DNA of 15,493 nucleotides from Pseudomonadota bacterium (GTDB lineage Bacteria; Bdellovibrionota_G; JALEGL01; DATDPG01): NCBI GenBank assembly GCA_043804515.1, contig JAZDIZ010000171.1, positions 1 to 15,493 of the forward strand, read 5' to 3'. Shown piece by piece: positions 1 to 8,541 of this stretch (position 1 is its first letter; each line of letters starts with the position of its first letter). The notes under the pieces were generated by a model. It saw only the letters and a program-made list of their open reading frames with translations, ran no database searches and was not told where the DNA came from. The position numbers and the translations under genes were made by a program.

Positions 1-442
1 GCACCACCGGCGGCGGTCCGTCGTCGCCTCCTCCCGGCGGCTGCGGGAAATGAATCTCATAATAATTCCAGGCGTCGGGACCAACGGTCATCCCGAGATT
101 GGCGCTTTCCAAGGCCTTGATGAAGCAGACGAACGATTCAACTTCCTGGCCGTCCTGGAAGAGCTGCTTCTTGATCGTGTATCCCTCGCACGCGGCGCGG
201 GAAAACCCTCCCACTTGGCCGGGCCGGTCGGAATAGGAGCGCATCCCTCGGGTGAGAGTCAGTCCCCCTACGGCCTCTGCGTTCAAGGTGTAGTCATAAT
301 CCGACGCGTTCAGGCTGGGCACGTCGCTCAGTTCGTTCAGTTGGGGCGTGGTGGAAGTGGAACTGGATCCGCTACATGCGAAGGCCATCACAAGCAGTCC
401 GGCGGTCAGCATGCTTGCGAATAACGGCTTGGATCGAAGCAT
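1..442 (-). CDS. Lipoprotein of unknown function, N-terminal part (runs off the left edge; not in the supplied ORF track)
   Basis: Manual translation from ATG at 442: MLRSKPLFASMLTAGLLVMAFACSGSSSTSTTPQLNELSDVPSLN...GFSRAACEGYTIKKQLFQDGQEVESFVCFIKALES...WNYYEIHFPQPPGGGDDGPPPVV, open to position 1. Lipobox AFA-C followed by a Ser/Thr tether. An AAAGGA RBS-like sequence lies upstream (about 452-457). Confidence 0.85.
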   Translation of the reverse strand, partial: MLRSKPLFASMLTAGLLVMAFACSGSSSTSTTPQLNELSDVPSLNASDYDYTLNAEAVGGLTLTRGMRSYSDRPGQVGGFSRAACEGYTIKKQLFQDGQEVESFVCFIKALESANLGMTVGPDAWNYYEIHFPQPPGGGDDGPPPVV

Positions 443-730
443 TGTTCTTTGTCCTTTCTCTGAGGTTTGGGGGGGCTATGAAACGTCGCCCCTTTTCGAA
501 ACATCACAATTATGCCACAACGGTTCCTTATATTGAAGACGCAAGGCGCCATTGTTTTTGTGCCAAATTGCACCATGTTACGAAGCTTTACGCTTAAATA
601 TGCGCACCAGTTCTGTAAAGTGGAAACTAAAGTTTCATTGTTTCTGCGGCTGCTCTCGGTAGAAGCCAATCTAGGGGGGAGTGAAAGCTCGGAAACCCCG
701 GGAGTGGGGTCAAGGATGAAGCGGCCGGTC

Positions 731-736
731 TGTCAA
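731..736 (-). promoter_or_regulatory. Outward-facing -35 hexamer (TTGACA) next to the IR of the orphan IS end
   Basis: Perfect TTGACA on the minus strand just inside the IR; the equivalent position in the complete element reads TTGAGG (14423-14428). IS1111-type elements are known to assemble a promoter at the circle junction. Confidence 0.55.
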
Positions 737-803
737 GGGCAAGGATAAGCCTTTAAAGAACGCGGAGCGTTCTTTCTGTCGAAGGCAAGGTGCGAGTTCT
801 TCA

Positions 804-928
804 TCGAGATGCTTCAAACGAGGATTCGCGCTCACTTCGGCGCATGAGGGATAGTGCGGGTGTTGTGTCGCATTCAGGTTGGCGCGGTCTCCTTGAGGAG
901 CCTTCACTGACCCCACCGCGATCACAAC
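804..928 (-). ncRNA. Putative bridge/seek RNA, orphan copy (boundaries approximate)
   Basis: Gapless 125-nt alignment to 14234-14358, about 97/125 identical by hand count. Stems are conserved, with one compensatory pair change. Variable loop segments match its own flank and end. Confidence 0.8.
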
Positions 929-934
929 GGCCGG

Positions 935-956
935 AAATCGGGGGACACCATATCAA
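935..956 (-). repeat. REP-like end sequence downstream of the RAYT remnant (TGATATGGTGTCCCCCGATTT)
   Basis: 935-980 is identical (46/46) to 12226-12271, which covers the RAYT stop and its downstream GGTGTCCCCCGATTT motif. Confidence 0.75.
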
Positions 957-1118
957 TTAGCGCGGGCGCACTGATGGCTTGCGTCCTGGGCATTTGAGCA
1001 TCAATGTTCGTCCTGTGCGTATCTCAAAGGTCTCTGACGAATGAGTCAGATGCCAACGGACGCCTCGTCCCTTCATGTCGGTGGGGAGTCTCCGGTTCCG
1101 GGTCCGTCAAGGAGGGTC
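957..1118 (-). pseudogene. 3' remnant of a RAYT transposase gene with a 1-nt frameshift
   Basis: Aligns to 12248-about 12410. It has CTCAAAGGTC where the intact gene has TTCAAGGTC (extra A). The 5' three quarters of the gene are missing. Confidence 0.85.
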
Positions 1119-1128
1119 TCTGTGGACC

Positions 1129-2211
1129 CTATTCGATTTGGTCAACCGATCGGTTTTCGTCCGCTGATCTTCCTCCCTGAGACGTACCCTGCCTTTGTTG
1201 ACTTTTAAGGAAGGAATCAAATCGTGTGACGGAGCTTGGATCGACGCGCTTCTTTTCGGAGGCAACAAAGTAATTGACCAGGTCGAATTCCGAACGACCC
1301 TGCATCGCATACGCTCTCACCCACTCGTCAAACGTCGGCTTCGCATCGTGGATCCAAGGAGAAAGTTCCCCCACGAACCGATATCTGGCCTTCATCGAAT
1401 ATCGAGGGGAAGCGACCAATGCGCTGAACGCCTCTTGTCGCATCTTAACGATCATTTGCTCGGTCCCGTCGTAGGTCTCGAACGCTTTCGTCTGTAATGC
1501 ACCCTCCGAATCGACAAGGAGGCCGAATCCGTCGATCCACAGATGGGCGTAGTCAAGATAGTCCTGCACATTGAAGGGACGGTATTCGGGATTCATCCCT
1601 TCCAAGATAAGAGCAAAGAGTCTCGGAAGCGTTTTCCCCAAATATTGAAGAATCCAATCTTTTGGAACGACAAAGGCGACATACTTCTCGTCGCGTTTCT
1701 CAATCAGAGGAAGAATCTTTACGCGGATTCCGGCTCCCTGCAGAATCCGTTCCTGAGCAAACGGCCCTTCTTCCTCCATTACGCCGACTTCGCTTGTATC
1801 TCCTCGCAATCGCGGCTCATCGCACGCTTTTTGCGTGATCTCGAATCCCTTCAGGGCTCCGTTCCACGCCTTCACGAAGGCATCTTCGGGTGAGGCGGCT
1901 CCAAAGACTCTCTTCAGTTTCCTAAAGTTCTCCTCTGAAAGTTTGGCTCTCGCGGCGTCCATCATGCTTCGCCCCGTGTCCCTTAAACCTTTCTGAAATT
2001 CGCGGAAGGCTGTCTGGGCTTCATTGGTTTGGCCGGTTGCCCACACACCGCAGGCCTTCCGAAGGCTTTCTTCAACCGGCGATTCCATCAGGGGTTCGCG
2101 ATTCGCGCCCAACTGGAGTGAAGCGTTCAGGCTCTTTTCACTGGGAAAGACCCAATCCTGAGCGGAGGCTCCCGTAGGGGCAGCCAGCAGCGCGAGAAGG
2201 AGGAGCCACAT
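1129..2211 (-). CDS. Secreted hypothetical protein (about 360 aa)
   Basis: Long ORF. ATG at 2211 gives a clean signal peptide MWLLLLALLAAPTGASA-Q. The alternative TTG start at 2232 lies inside the promoter-like motif. No recognisable domain. Confidence 0.75.
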   Translation of the reverse strand: MWLLLLALLAAPTGASAQDWVFPSEKSLNASLQLGANREPLMESPVEESLRKACGVWATGQTNEAQTAFREFQKGLRDTGRSMMDAARAKLSEENFRKLKRVFGAASPEDAFVKAWNGALKGFEITQKACDEPRLRGDTSEVGVMEEEGPFAQERILQGAGIRVKILPLIEKRDEKYVAFVVPKDWILQYLGKTLPRLFALILEGMNPEYRPFNVQDYLDYAHLWIDGFGLLVDSEGALQTKAFETYDGTEQMIVKMRQEAFSALVASPRYSMKARYRFVGELSPWIHDAKPTFDEWVRAYAMQGRSEFDLVNYFVASEKKRVDPSSVTRFDSFLKSQQRQGTSQGGRSADENRSVDQIE

Positions 2212-2220
2212 CGCAGCGGT

Positions 2221-2250
2221 TTCATAGATCAATTAACGCGACACGTCAAC
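2221..2250 (-). promoter_or_regulatory. Conserved promoter-like motif, copy 1 (TTGACG-N17-TATGAA)
   Basis: GTTGAC-N5-GCGTTAATTGATCTA is shared with 12194-12219; sigma70-type spacing. Confidence 0.55.
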
Positions 2251-2301
2251 ATGGTTTTACTTGAATCCAGGCGTGGCTTGTACTATTTGCCGCCTTGAGT
2301 C

Positions 2302-5300
2302 ATGGGCGGCTGGAAACACCAGACTCACTTGTTCCAGAGCTCCCTGGGGAGGCTGGAAAGAGTTCGAGTCGTTCAATCGCTGGTTCTGCTGGCGATTCTC
2401 TTCTGTGGTTCCAACTCCTATTCCCAGACCGAAAAAGCGGGGACGACTCTCGGCACGGTTGAGTCGTTCTTCGGAGCTTATACCAAGAGGATTCCCATCG
2501 AAGTGCCCGCGTTCCACGGAATCGAGCCCCAATTGGAATTGTCCTATAACTCCTTGGGCGGGAACGGTCTCGTGGGAGTCGGTTGGGAACTGGCCGGTTT
2601 CAGCGCGATCGCGCGGGTGGGTCGAAGCAAAGGCGCCCCCAGATATGACTTCACGGATGAATTCACTCTGGACGGAGACGAGCTGACGGAATGTCCGAGT
2701 GGATCGGTAAGTCCCGCCTGCCGGTACACGGATGGAACGACCAGCGGGGTTTATTACGCAACGAAGTTGGAGACATACCAGCGCATCAAGTTCGACACAA
2801 CGAACAATCATTGGACCGTATGGAAGACCGACGGCACGCGAATGGAATTCTCGCCCGTCTTTGCCGTGGGAGGCGGGTTCTATAAGACGCTGCGCTGGGG
2901 CCTGAATCAGGTCCTGGACGTCAGCGGCAACGCGGTCAATTACAGTTGGTGGTGCGAGTCGGGCCTGGATTGCTATCCCGATCAGGTTTCCTACAACGGA
3001 GTCACGCTCACGTTTTACCGGGACTTGCGTCCGGACATCATGAGTTTCGCGATCACCGAGGGATTGGGGAGGACCAACTATCGATTGAAGAGCGTCAAAG
3101 TGGAAGTCAACGCCACCGGGGCTCCTTCGCTCCTGCGGGCTTATAAACTGACGTATAAGACAACCTCTCCGCGCGCGACGAACCGTAGTCTGTTGGCTTC
3201 CGTTCAGACGTTCGGCCGGGCCGCCACGGTGGACCCTGACGGAAACATTTCCGGGCCTTCGGTTTCCGATCTTGTCTTGCCGGCCACCACGTTCGAATAC
3301 ACGGGAGAGACGCTCCCCTCACTCGCGTCTTCGGTCTCTTCGGGTCTGACGGGAGCTTACTCGTGCGGGACTTTTACTGCTCCGGTCTATCCGTTGGATA
3401 TCAATGGGGACGGCTGTACCGATTTCCTGGCGACGGATCATTACTCCAGGACGTACTCTCAGATGTCCAATTGCGACGGAACGTTCAGCGTTCAACCTTT
3501 TCCGATGACGGCGAATGAAGGCTGGTGGCGATTCGGCGATTTCAACGGCGACGGGCGAACCGATGTGGCGACGATCATAGCGGACGCCTTCGATCCGAGC
3601 GGATTCAATTACGCACACATTCGAATTTACATTTCCAACGGAGACAATACCTACCGCGCTCCCTATGACTTTTACCCGGCTAATTTCGCTCTGGCGTCCG
3701 TGGAACCCTATGCGTTGGACGGGGACCTCAAGAGAGTGCAGGTGGGCGACTTCGACGGCGACGGCACGGATGATATCGCGATGGTCGAGGGATGCGACAT
3801 GCGGTGGATCTGCGATGTTGAAAATCCGATCTCCATCTATTTCTCCAACGGCGACAGCGCTCAGAAGGTTTTTCAAGGGTTTGCGGTTTCTCGTACCGGC
3901 CCGGTTCGAATCATCAGTTCGGATCTCATCAAGCGCTATGCCGATGTCGCCCGCATCCGTACGGGGGATTTTAATGGAGACGGAAAGACCGATTTCATCG
4001 CCATGGAAGGGTGGGATACGACGGAGAATATGTCGGTCTACCTTTCGAACGGGGACGGAACATTCACGAATCTCATACACGAAGGCCCCGCCCGACTCGT
4101 CTCTTCGTATCCTTACCAGGCGGAGTACCTGGGCTACTACGGCAGTTACGATACCGAAAGACCCATGGATCACGCTCGACTTCGATTCGGGGATTTCAAC
4201 GGAGACGGAAAGACCGATCTCGCGCTGATCGAGGGATACGGGATGCTGAGCACGCCCGTTCCAATGAACATTTATCTTTCCCTCGGAGGCGGGCACTTTG
4301 CTCCGCCCGTTCAGGGACCGATACAGAAGCTCGTCCGTCACACATCAATCACGCGACCGGACCCGGACCGGATTCCGATCGCCGATTTCAACGGGGACGG
4401 GAGAACGGATATCGGGAGCATAAAGTCGGGAAGCCCTTACGCAGTCGACATCTATTTGGCTCAAGGAAACTCCAGTACGGACTTGAGTTTCGGCCAGCTC
4501 GTCGCGGGCCCCGCTTCATTTGATCCTTGGTGCGCGTTCGTAGGGGATTTCAATGGAGATCTCAAAACGGACATCGCCCGAGAGCCCGATGGACCCGGAA
4601 TTCTGCTCCATATTTCGACCGGGGAATCCCCCGACCTGCTCCGTGAGATGAAAAACGGTTATGGCGCCGTGGAAAGCGTTTCGTATCTCCCCTCAAGTCA
4701 TTCGGATCACACGATCAACATGCCGATCGTTCAGACCGTCTCGTCCGTGACGGTGAACCCGGGCGGGGGCCAGGCTTCCGGAACCGTCGACTACGTCTAC
4801 CATCAAGGGAAGTATGAGAAGAAGGTTCGACGTTTTCTGGGCTTCGCTTGGATCGATAAGTACCTCCCTCAAATCGCGGGCGAATCGGTACGACCGATCG
4901 AACGCATGTATTTCACCCAGGACGCCCGCAGCCGCGGCGTTCCGACCCAAATCGTGCGCTGCGATGGTGCCGGGGGGATGATCAACCAGTTATTTAATAC
5001 CGTCGCCATCACGGGCGGCGTCGCTCCCTTTTTCACGCGGATCACGGCGACCAATGAATATTCGTACGCTTCGGGAGGAGCCGTGGCGTGCGGTGCGCTT
5101 CCGGCTTCGGTTGCGAACAATTTGAAACGCCGCGTAGCGAAGTCCTTCTTCTACGACTACGACGGAAATCTCGCGCGGGAGATCAATTTCGGGGATTTGA
5201 CCGTCAGCGGGGACGAAAAAACGATCGAAGCGCAATATTTCCCGAATACCCAAGACTACATTCTTCGCCTTCCCGCGGCCATACGGACGTATCAAGGGGT

Positions 5301-8300
5301 CGATACTCAAGGACAGAAGTTGGCGGAATCGCTTCTTCACTATGACTACCAATCCGACTGGCAATCGCCCCCCGTAAAGGGGCTCCTCACGAAGACGGAG
5401 CGGTGGTTATCTCAGATCAGTCAGCCCACGACGGCGGTCACAACGTCACCGGATTCCGAAGAAGCGTCGGGCTGGGTCAATCAGGTCCTCCAATGGATTG
5501 CCAACGTTTGGTCGTCTCTCATGAACCCGCGCCAGCTTCTCTCGGGTATCGCCGGAGCCGTTACCGGCGATACGTATGTCGAGCTGAAAAAGGGATATGA
5601 CCCGGCAAACGGAAACCTCCTCTGGGAAGAGAATGAGGAGCATGAGCGGACCACGTATACCTATGATCGGACGTTACAGATGTTCATCGAGCGGACGATC
5701 AATCCGCTCCATCAAGTCACTCGAAATGTCTGGGATCTGGTTTGTGGGCTTCCGACGGATCAGTACGATTTGAACGACCAGCTCACGCATAATGCGTACG
5801 ACAATCTGTGCCGAATCAAAACCGTCCAAAAACAATTGGGATATCAAGAAGAATACAATTACTGCACCCCGGGTTCCGTCACCAATCCCTGTGAAGATCC
5901 CCTCAATCATTACGTAGAGCACATCCTCCCCGCGGCGAATGTCAGCGGGAATTTGTGGAAGAGGGAATATCAGGACGGCTTTAGGAGGGCGTGGAAGACC
6001 ACGGCGAAGGGGCCGGCTTCGGCCCCGATCGTGGAAGTCGTGCACCATGATGCCAGGGGCAATGTGGCGGACCGGAGTCATCCCTATTACGAGGGAGACG
6101 CCACCTACTTCACGCAATATCAATATGACGCACTGGGGAGGCAAACGAAGGTTACTCATCCGGGTAGTACCGGATTCGTCACAAGGACTTACGCCGCCAC
6201 AACGACCACGACAACGGATGAACTCTCGCACCCAACTCGCGAGACAACCGATGCCTACGGTCGAAGGGTCAAGGTTGAAAAATGGCACAACGGAGCTTTT
6301 CGAATCACGGCCGAGTCCGGATATGACCTGCTGGGGAATCTGACCTCGGTCAAGGACGCGGATGGGAATCTGGAGACCTATTGGTACGATACGCTGAACC
6401 GACGCGTGGAGCTGGATTCACCCAACGTCGGCACGCATCTATATACGTATGATAACGCCGGGAGAAAGATCACCGAGACGGACGCTCTGAGTCAGGTGAC
6501 GCGCTACGATTACGATGATTTGGGAAGGGTCGTGACGAAGACGTCACGGTACGGGCGTCCGGACTTTCAAGTGATCACGTACGGTTACGACGAAGTAAGG
6601 CCCGGTTGGTTCAACATCGGTCGGCGGACGTCGATGACCGACATGGATCCTTCGAACGTTCAAATCTTCAACTACGATCGCTTGGGGCGCACGACAGCGG
6701 AACTCCGAATCCTGGACGGGCTTGCCTATCCTTTCCAGCGGGGATTCGACTCGGGGGGGAGGGTGTTATGGACCCGATACCCCGACGGTGATTTTGTCGG
6801 CTCTCCTTCCTCTCCGCTTCTGTACGATAACGCCGGGAGACTCACGACGATCCCCGCCGTCGTTTATAACGCCACCTGCAACGCGGCAGGCAAAGTCACG
6901 TCGTATGTGAACCAGAACGGCACCACCACGGAGCGGCAGTATTCACCGCAGCGGCAATGGATCACGCGCATCCGAACCTATGGCGGTTCGACCTTGCAGG
7001 ACCTCGATTACTACGACATCGATGCCGAAGGTAAGGTGCGCCACATGACGGATGGCGGGAACCTTCTTTCGTACGATTATGACGAACTCCATCAGCTCAC
7101 GTCGGCCACATATATGGAGAACGGTGTTCCCGTCACACGCACGTATGATTACGAATTGAACGGGAATATCCGAAGCGATTCTTCGCTGGGGACGTACGTC
7201 TATCATCCCGCGGGGAGTCAACAACCGTACGCGGTTCAGACCATCGGCGGGACGGGTTATGCGTACGATTCGAACGGGAACATGTACACGCGCGGGAGCG
7301 AAACGATCGTGTACGACGGTGAGAACCGTGTGGTTCAAGTCGGAGCGGACACCATCATTTCGTACGACGCCGACGGCCGAAGGTCCAAGAAGACGTACGC
7401 CGGGAGTTGCACCCGCTACATCGGAGACAATCTGGAAATCAATCAATGCAGAATCAAGAAATACATCACGATCGGCGAGCTGCTCGTCGCCCAGCGAACG
7501 GATACAACGAATGAATGGCTGCAAACGGATCATTTGGATTCGGTACAAAGCGTTGCATCTTCGGGGGCCGGGCTCGTCCTGCAACAACGATATCGTCCCT
7601 TCGGAGACAGCTTCAGCGGGGGGGGCGGCGCGCAAAGCGCGCAAACTCTGACGGCCTCCACGTCGCGAAAGTTTGCGTCTCAACGGCAAGATGAGAACGG
7701 CCTGATCTATCTGCGGGCGCGGTATTACGACCCCTCGATCGGTCGCTTCATCAGTCCCAACCCGGTCGGACGTACGGACCATCCTGCTTCGATCAATTCG
7801 TATGCGTATGCAATGAATGATCCGATCAATCAAACGGACAACACGGGGATGGACGAATGGTGGGTGATGCTGATGGAGGCGTATTTCAAGGACTACGGAG
7901 AAAACGTAATGAATTTGGCGAGCCCGATCAATGGTAAGCACATCGAAATCGATCGCGAGTACGTCAAGGTGACCAAATCCGAGGGGAAAGGGATGACGTC
8001 GGTTTCAGCGGAACTCTCGCATAACAACGTGACCGGCGAGCCCTCCTCGAATTCCGTGGCTCTTAGGGGACGACAAGCCCTCACGAGTGAGATGGCCAAG
8101 GCGTTCGCCGAATTCGCCGGGGCCAAAATCGAGGGGTTTGCGAAGAACGCGAACGCGAGCACGGGAATTCAGGTAGGGGGGACGCGGAACTTGAACACGG
8201 GCGAGAGTTCCGAGGGAGCAGCGTGGGTATCCAATACTTCGTACGACTTTGGTCTTGCAAAAGTACAATTTGAAGTGTCCGTCCCCTTGCCGGCGAAAGC

Positions 8301-8541
8301 GGGTGAGGCGGCAGGCGAAGCCTCCTATTCGTCGAGCTTTTCCAGGAACGCTTTTGGAATGGATTTTTCGGCGGGCGTTGCCTACAGGGTTTCGGATTAC
8401 CAGGGCCAGACGGTTTGGGAGAAGATGGAAACCGGCGTGAATCAATTCAAGCAATCGATTTCAGATGCCGTGGATAACGTGATGTATGTCGTTCAGCAGC
8501 ACTTGGTCGGGGTTCCGTTCATGGGGGGATCAAACCAATGA
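2302..8541 (+). CDS. SpvB/TcdB-like N-terminus + FG-GAP (VCBS) repeats + RHS/YD-repeat core + variable C-terminal domain of about 230 aa
   Basis: SpvB-like IPIEVPAFHGIEPQLELSYNS..GNGLVGVGWEL. About 7 (G/A)DFNGDGxTD-type motifs. TcdB midN-like RRFLGF. Many YDxxGR repeats. Core terminus LRARYYDPSIGRFISPNP...NSYAYAMNDPINQTDNTG. A hydrophobic N-terminal stretch suggests Sec export. Confidence 0.95.
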   Translation: MGGWKHQTHLFQSSLGRLERVRVVQSLVLLAILFCGSNSYSQTEKAGTTLGTVESFFGAYTKRIPIEVPAFHGIEPQLELSYNSLGGNGLVGVGWELAGFSAIARVGRSKGAPRYDFTDEFTLDGDELTECPSGSVSPACRYTDGTTSGVYYATKLETYQRIKFDTTNNHWTVWKTDGTRMEFSPVFAVGGGFYKTLRWGLNQVLDVSGNAVNYSWWCESGLDCYPDQVSYNGVTLTFYRDLRPDIMSFAITEGLGRTNYRLKSVKVEVNATGAPSLLRAYKLTYKTTSPRATNRSLLASVQTFGRAATVDPDGNISGPSVSDLVLPATTFEYTGETLPSLASSVSSGLTGAYSCGTFTAPVYPLDINGDGCTDFLATDHYSRTYSQMSNCDGTFSVQPFPMTANEGWWRFGDFNGDGRTDVATIIADAFDPSGFNYAHIRIYISNGDNTYRAPYDFYPANFALASVEPYALDGDLKRVQVGDFDGDGTDDIAMVEGCDMRWICDVENPISIYFSNGDSAQKVFQGFAVSRTGPVRIISSDLIKRYADVARIRTGDFNGDGKTDFIAMEGWDTTENMSVYLSNGDGTFTNLIHEGPARLVSSYPYQAEYLGYYGSYDTERPMDHARLRFGDFNGDGKTDLALIEGYGMLSTPVPMNIYLSLGGGHFAPPVQGPIQKLVRHTSITRPDPDRIPIADFNGDGRTDIGSIKSGSPYAVDIYLAQGNSSTDLSFGQLVAGPASFDPWCAFVGDFNGDLKTDIAREPDGPGILLHISTGESPDLLREMKNGYGAVESVSYLPSSHSDHTINMPIVQTVSSVTVNPGGGQASGTVDYVYHQGKYEKKVRRFLGFAWIDKYLPQIAGESVRPIERMYFTQDARSRGVPTQIVRCDGAGGMINQLFNTVAITGGVAPFFTRITATNEYSYASGGAVACGALPASVANNLKRRVAKSFFYDYDGNLAREINFGDLTVSGDEKTIEAQYFPNTQDYILRLPAAIRTYQGVDTQGQKLAESLLHYDYQSDWQSPPVKGLLTKTERWLSQISQPTTAVTTSPDSEEASGWVNQVLQWIANVWSSLMNPRQLLSGIAGAVTGDTYVELKKGYDPANGNLLWEENEEHERTTYTYDRTLQMFIERTINPLHQVTRNVWDLVCGLPTDQYDLNDQLTHNAYDNLCRIKTVQKQLGYQEEYNYCTPGSVTNPCEDPLNHYVEHILPAANVSGNLWKREYQDGFRRAWKTTAKGPASAPIVEVVHHDARGNVADRSHPYYEGDATYFTQYQYDALGRQTKVTHPGSTGFVTRTYAATTTTTTDELSHPTRETTDAYGRRVKVEKWHNGAFRITAESGYDLLGNLTSVKDADGNLETYWYDTLNRRVELDSPNVGTHLYTYDNAGRKITETDALSQVTRYDYDDLGRVVTKTSRYGRPDFQVITYGYDEVRPGWFNIGRRTSMTDMDPSNVQIFNYDRLGRTTAELRILDGLAYPFQRGFDSGGRVLWTRYPDGDFVGSPSSPLLYDNAGRLTTIPAVVYNATCNAAGKVTSYVNQNGTTTERQYSPQRQWITRIRTYGGSTLQDLDYYDIDAEGKVRHMTDGGNLLSYDYDELHQLTSATYMENGVPVTRTYDYELNGNIRSDSSLGTYVYHPAGSQQPYAVQTIGGTGYAYDSNGNMYTRGSETIVYDGENRVVQVGADTIISYDADGRRSKKTYAGSCTRYIGDNLEINQCRIKKYITIGELLVAQRTDTTNEWLQTDHLDSVQSVASSGAGLVLQQRYRPFGDSFSGGGGAQSAQTLTASTSRKFASQRQDENGLIYLRARYYDPSIGRFISPNPVGRTDHPASINSYAYAMNDPINQTDNTGMDEWWVMLMEAYFKDYGENVMNLASPINGKHIEIDREYVKVTKSEGKGMTSVSAELSHNNVTGEPSSNSVALRGRQALTSEMAKAFAEFAGAKIEGFAKNANASTGIQVGGTRNLNTGESSEGAAWVSNTSYDFGLAKVQFEVSVPLPAKAGEAAGEASYSSSFSRNAFGMDFSAGVAYRVSDYQGQTVWEKMETGVNQFKQSISDAVDNVMYVVQQHLVGVPFMGGSNQ

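Larger units (their letters stand above)
711..930 (-). mobile_element. Orphan right end of an IS1111-group element (non-coding region plus subterminal IR, no transposase)
   Basis: The reverse complement aligns to 14234-14448. The IR at 716-729 (ATGAAGCGGCCGGT) matches the complete element's IR at 13/14 positions. It is followed by 3 nt and TG, as in the complete element. Confidence 0.9.

Noticed and set aside
50..424. 124-aa plus-strand ORF
   Set aside because: Antisense shadow of the minus-strand lipoprotein gene, which has an RBS and lipobox.
443..700. AT-rich intergenic region with short ORFs and a small palindrome (GAAACT-AA-AGTTTC) as a possible replication origin
   Set aside because: No iterons or clear DnaA-box cluster seen; it is more simply the lipoprotein promoter region.
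710..925. 71-aa ORF similar to the C-terminus of the 516-aa ORF
   Set aside because: The similarity reflects conserved structured RNA and IS end. Changes are compensatory or guide-like rather than synonymous.
3319..4341. Long antisense ORFs within the RHS gene (also 5674-6288 and 6943-7941)
   Set aside because: Typical shadow frames of a GC-rich coding strand; no motifs.
3397..4575. Recurrent GATTTCAACGGnGACGG DNA repeats
   Set aside because: Explained by the encoded FG-GAP DFNGDG protein repeats.
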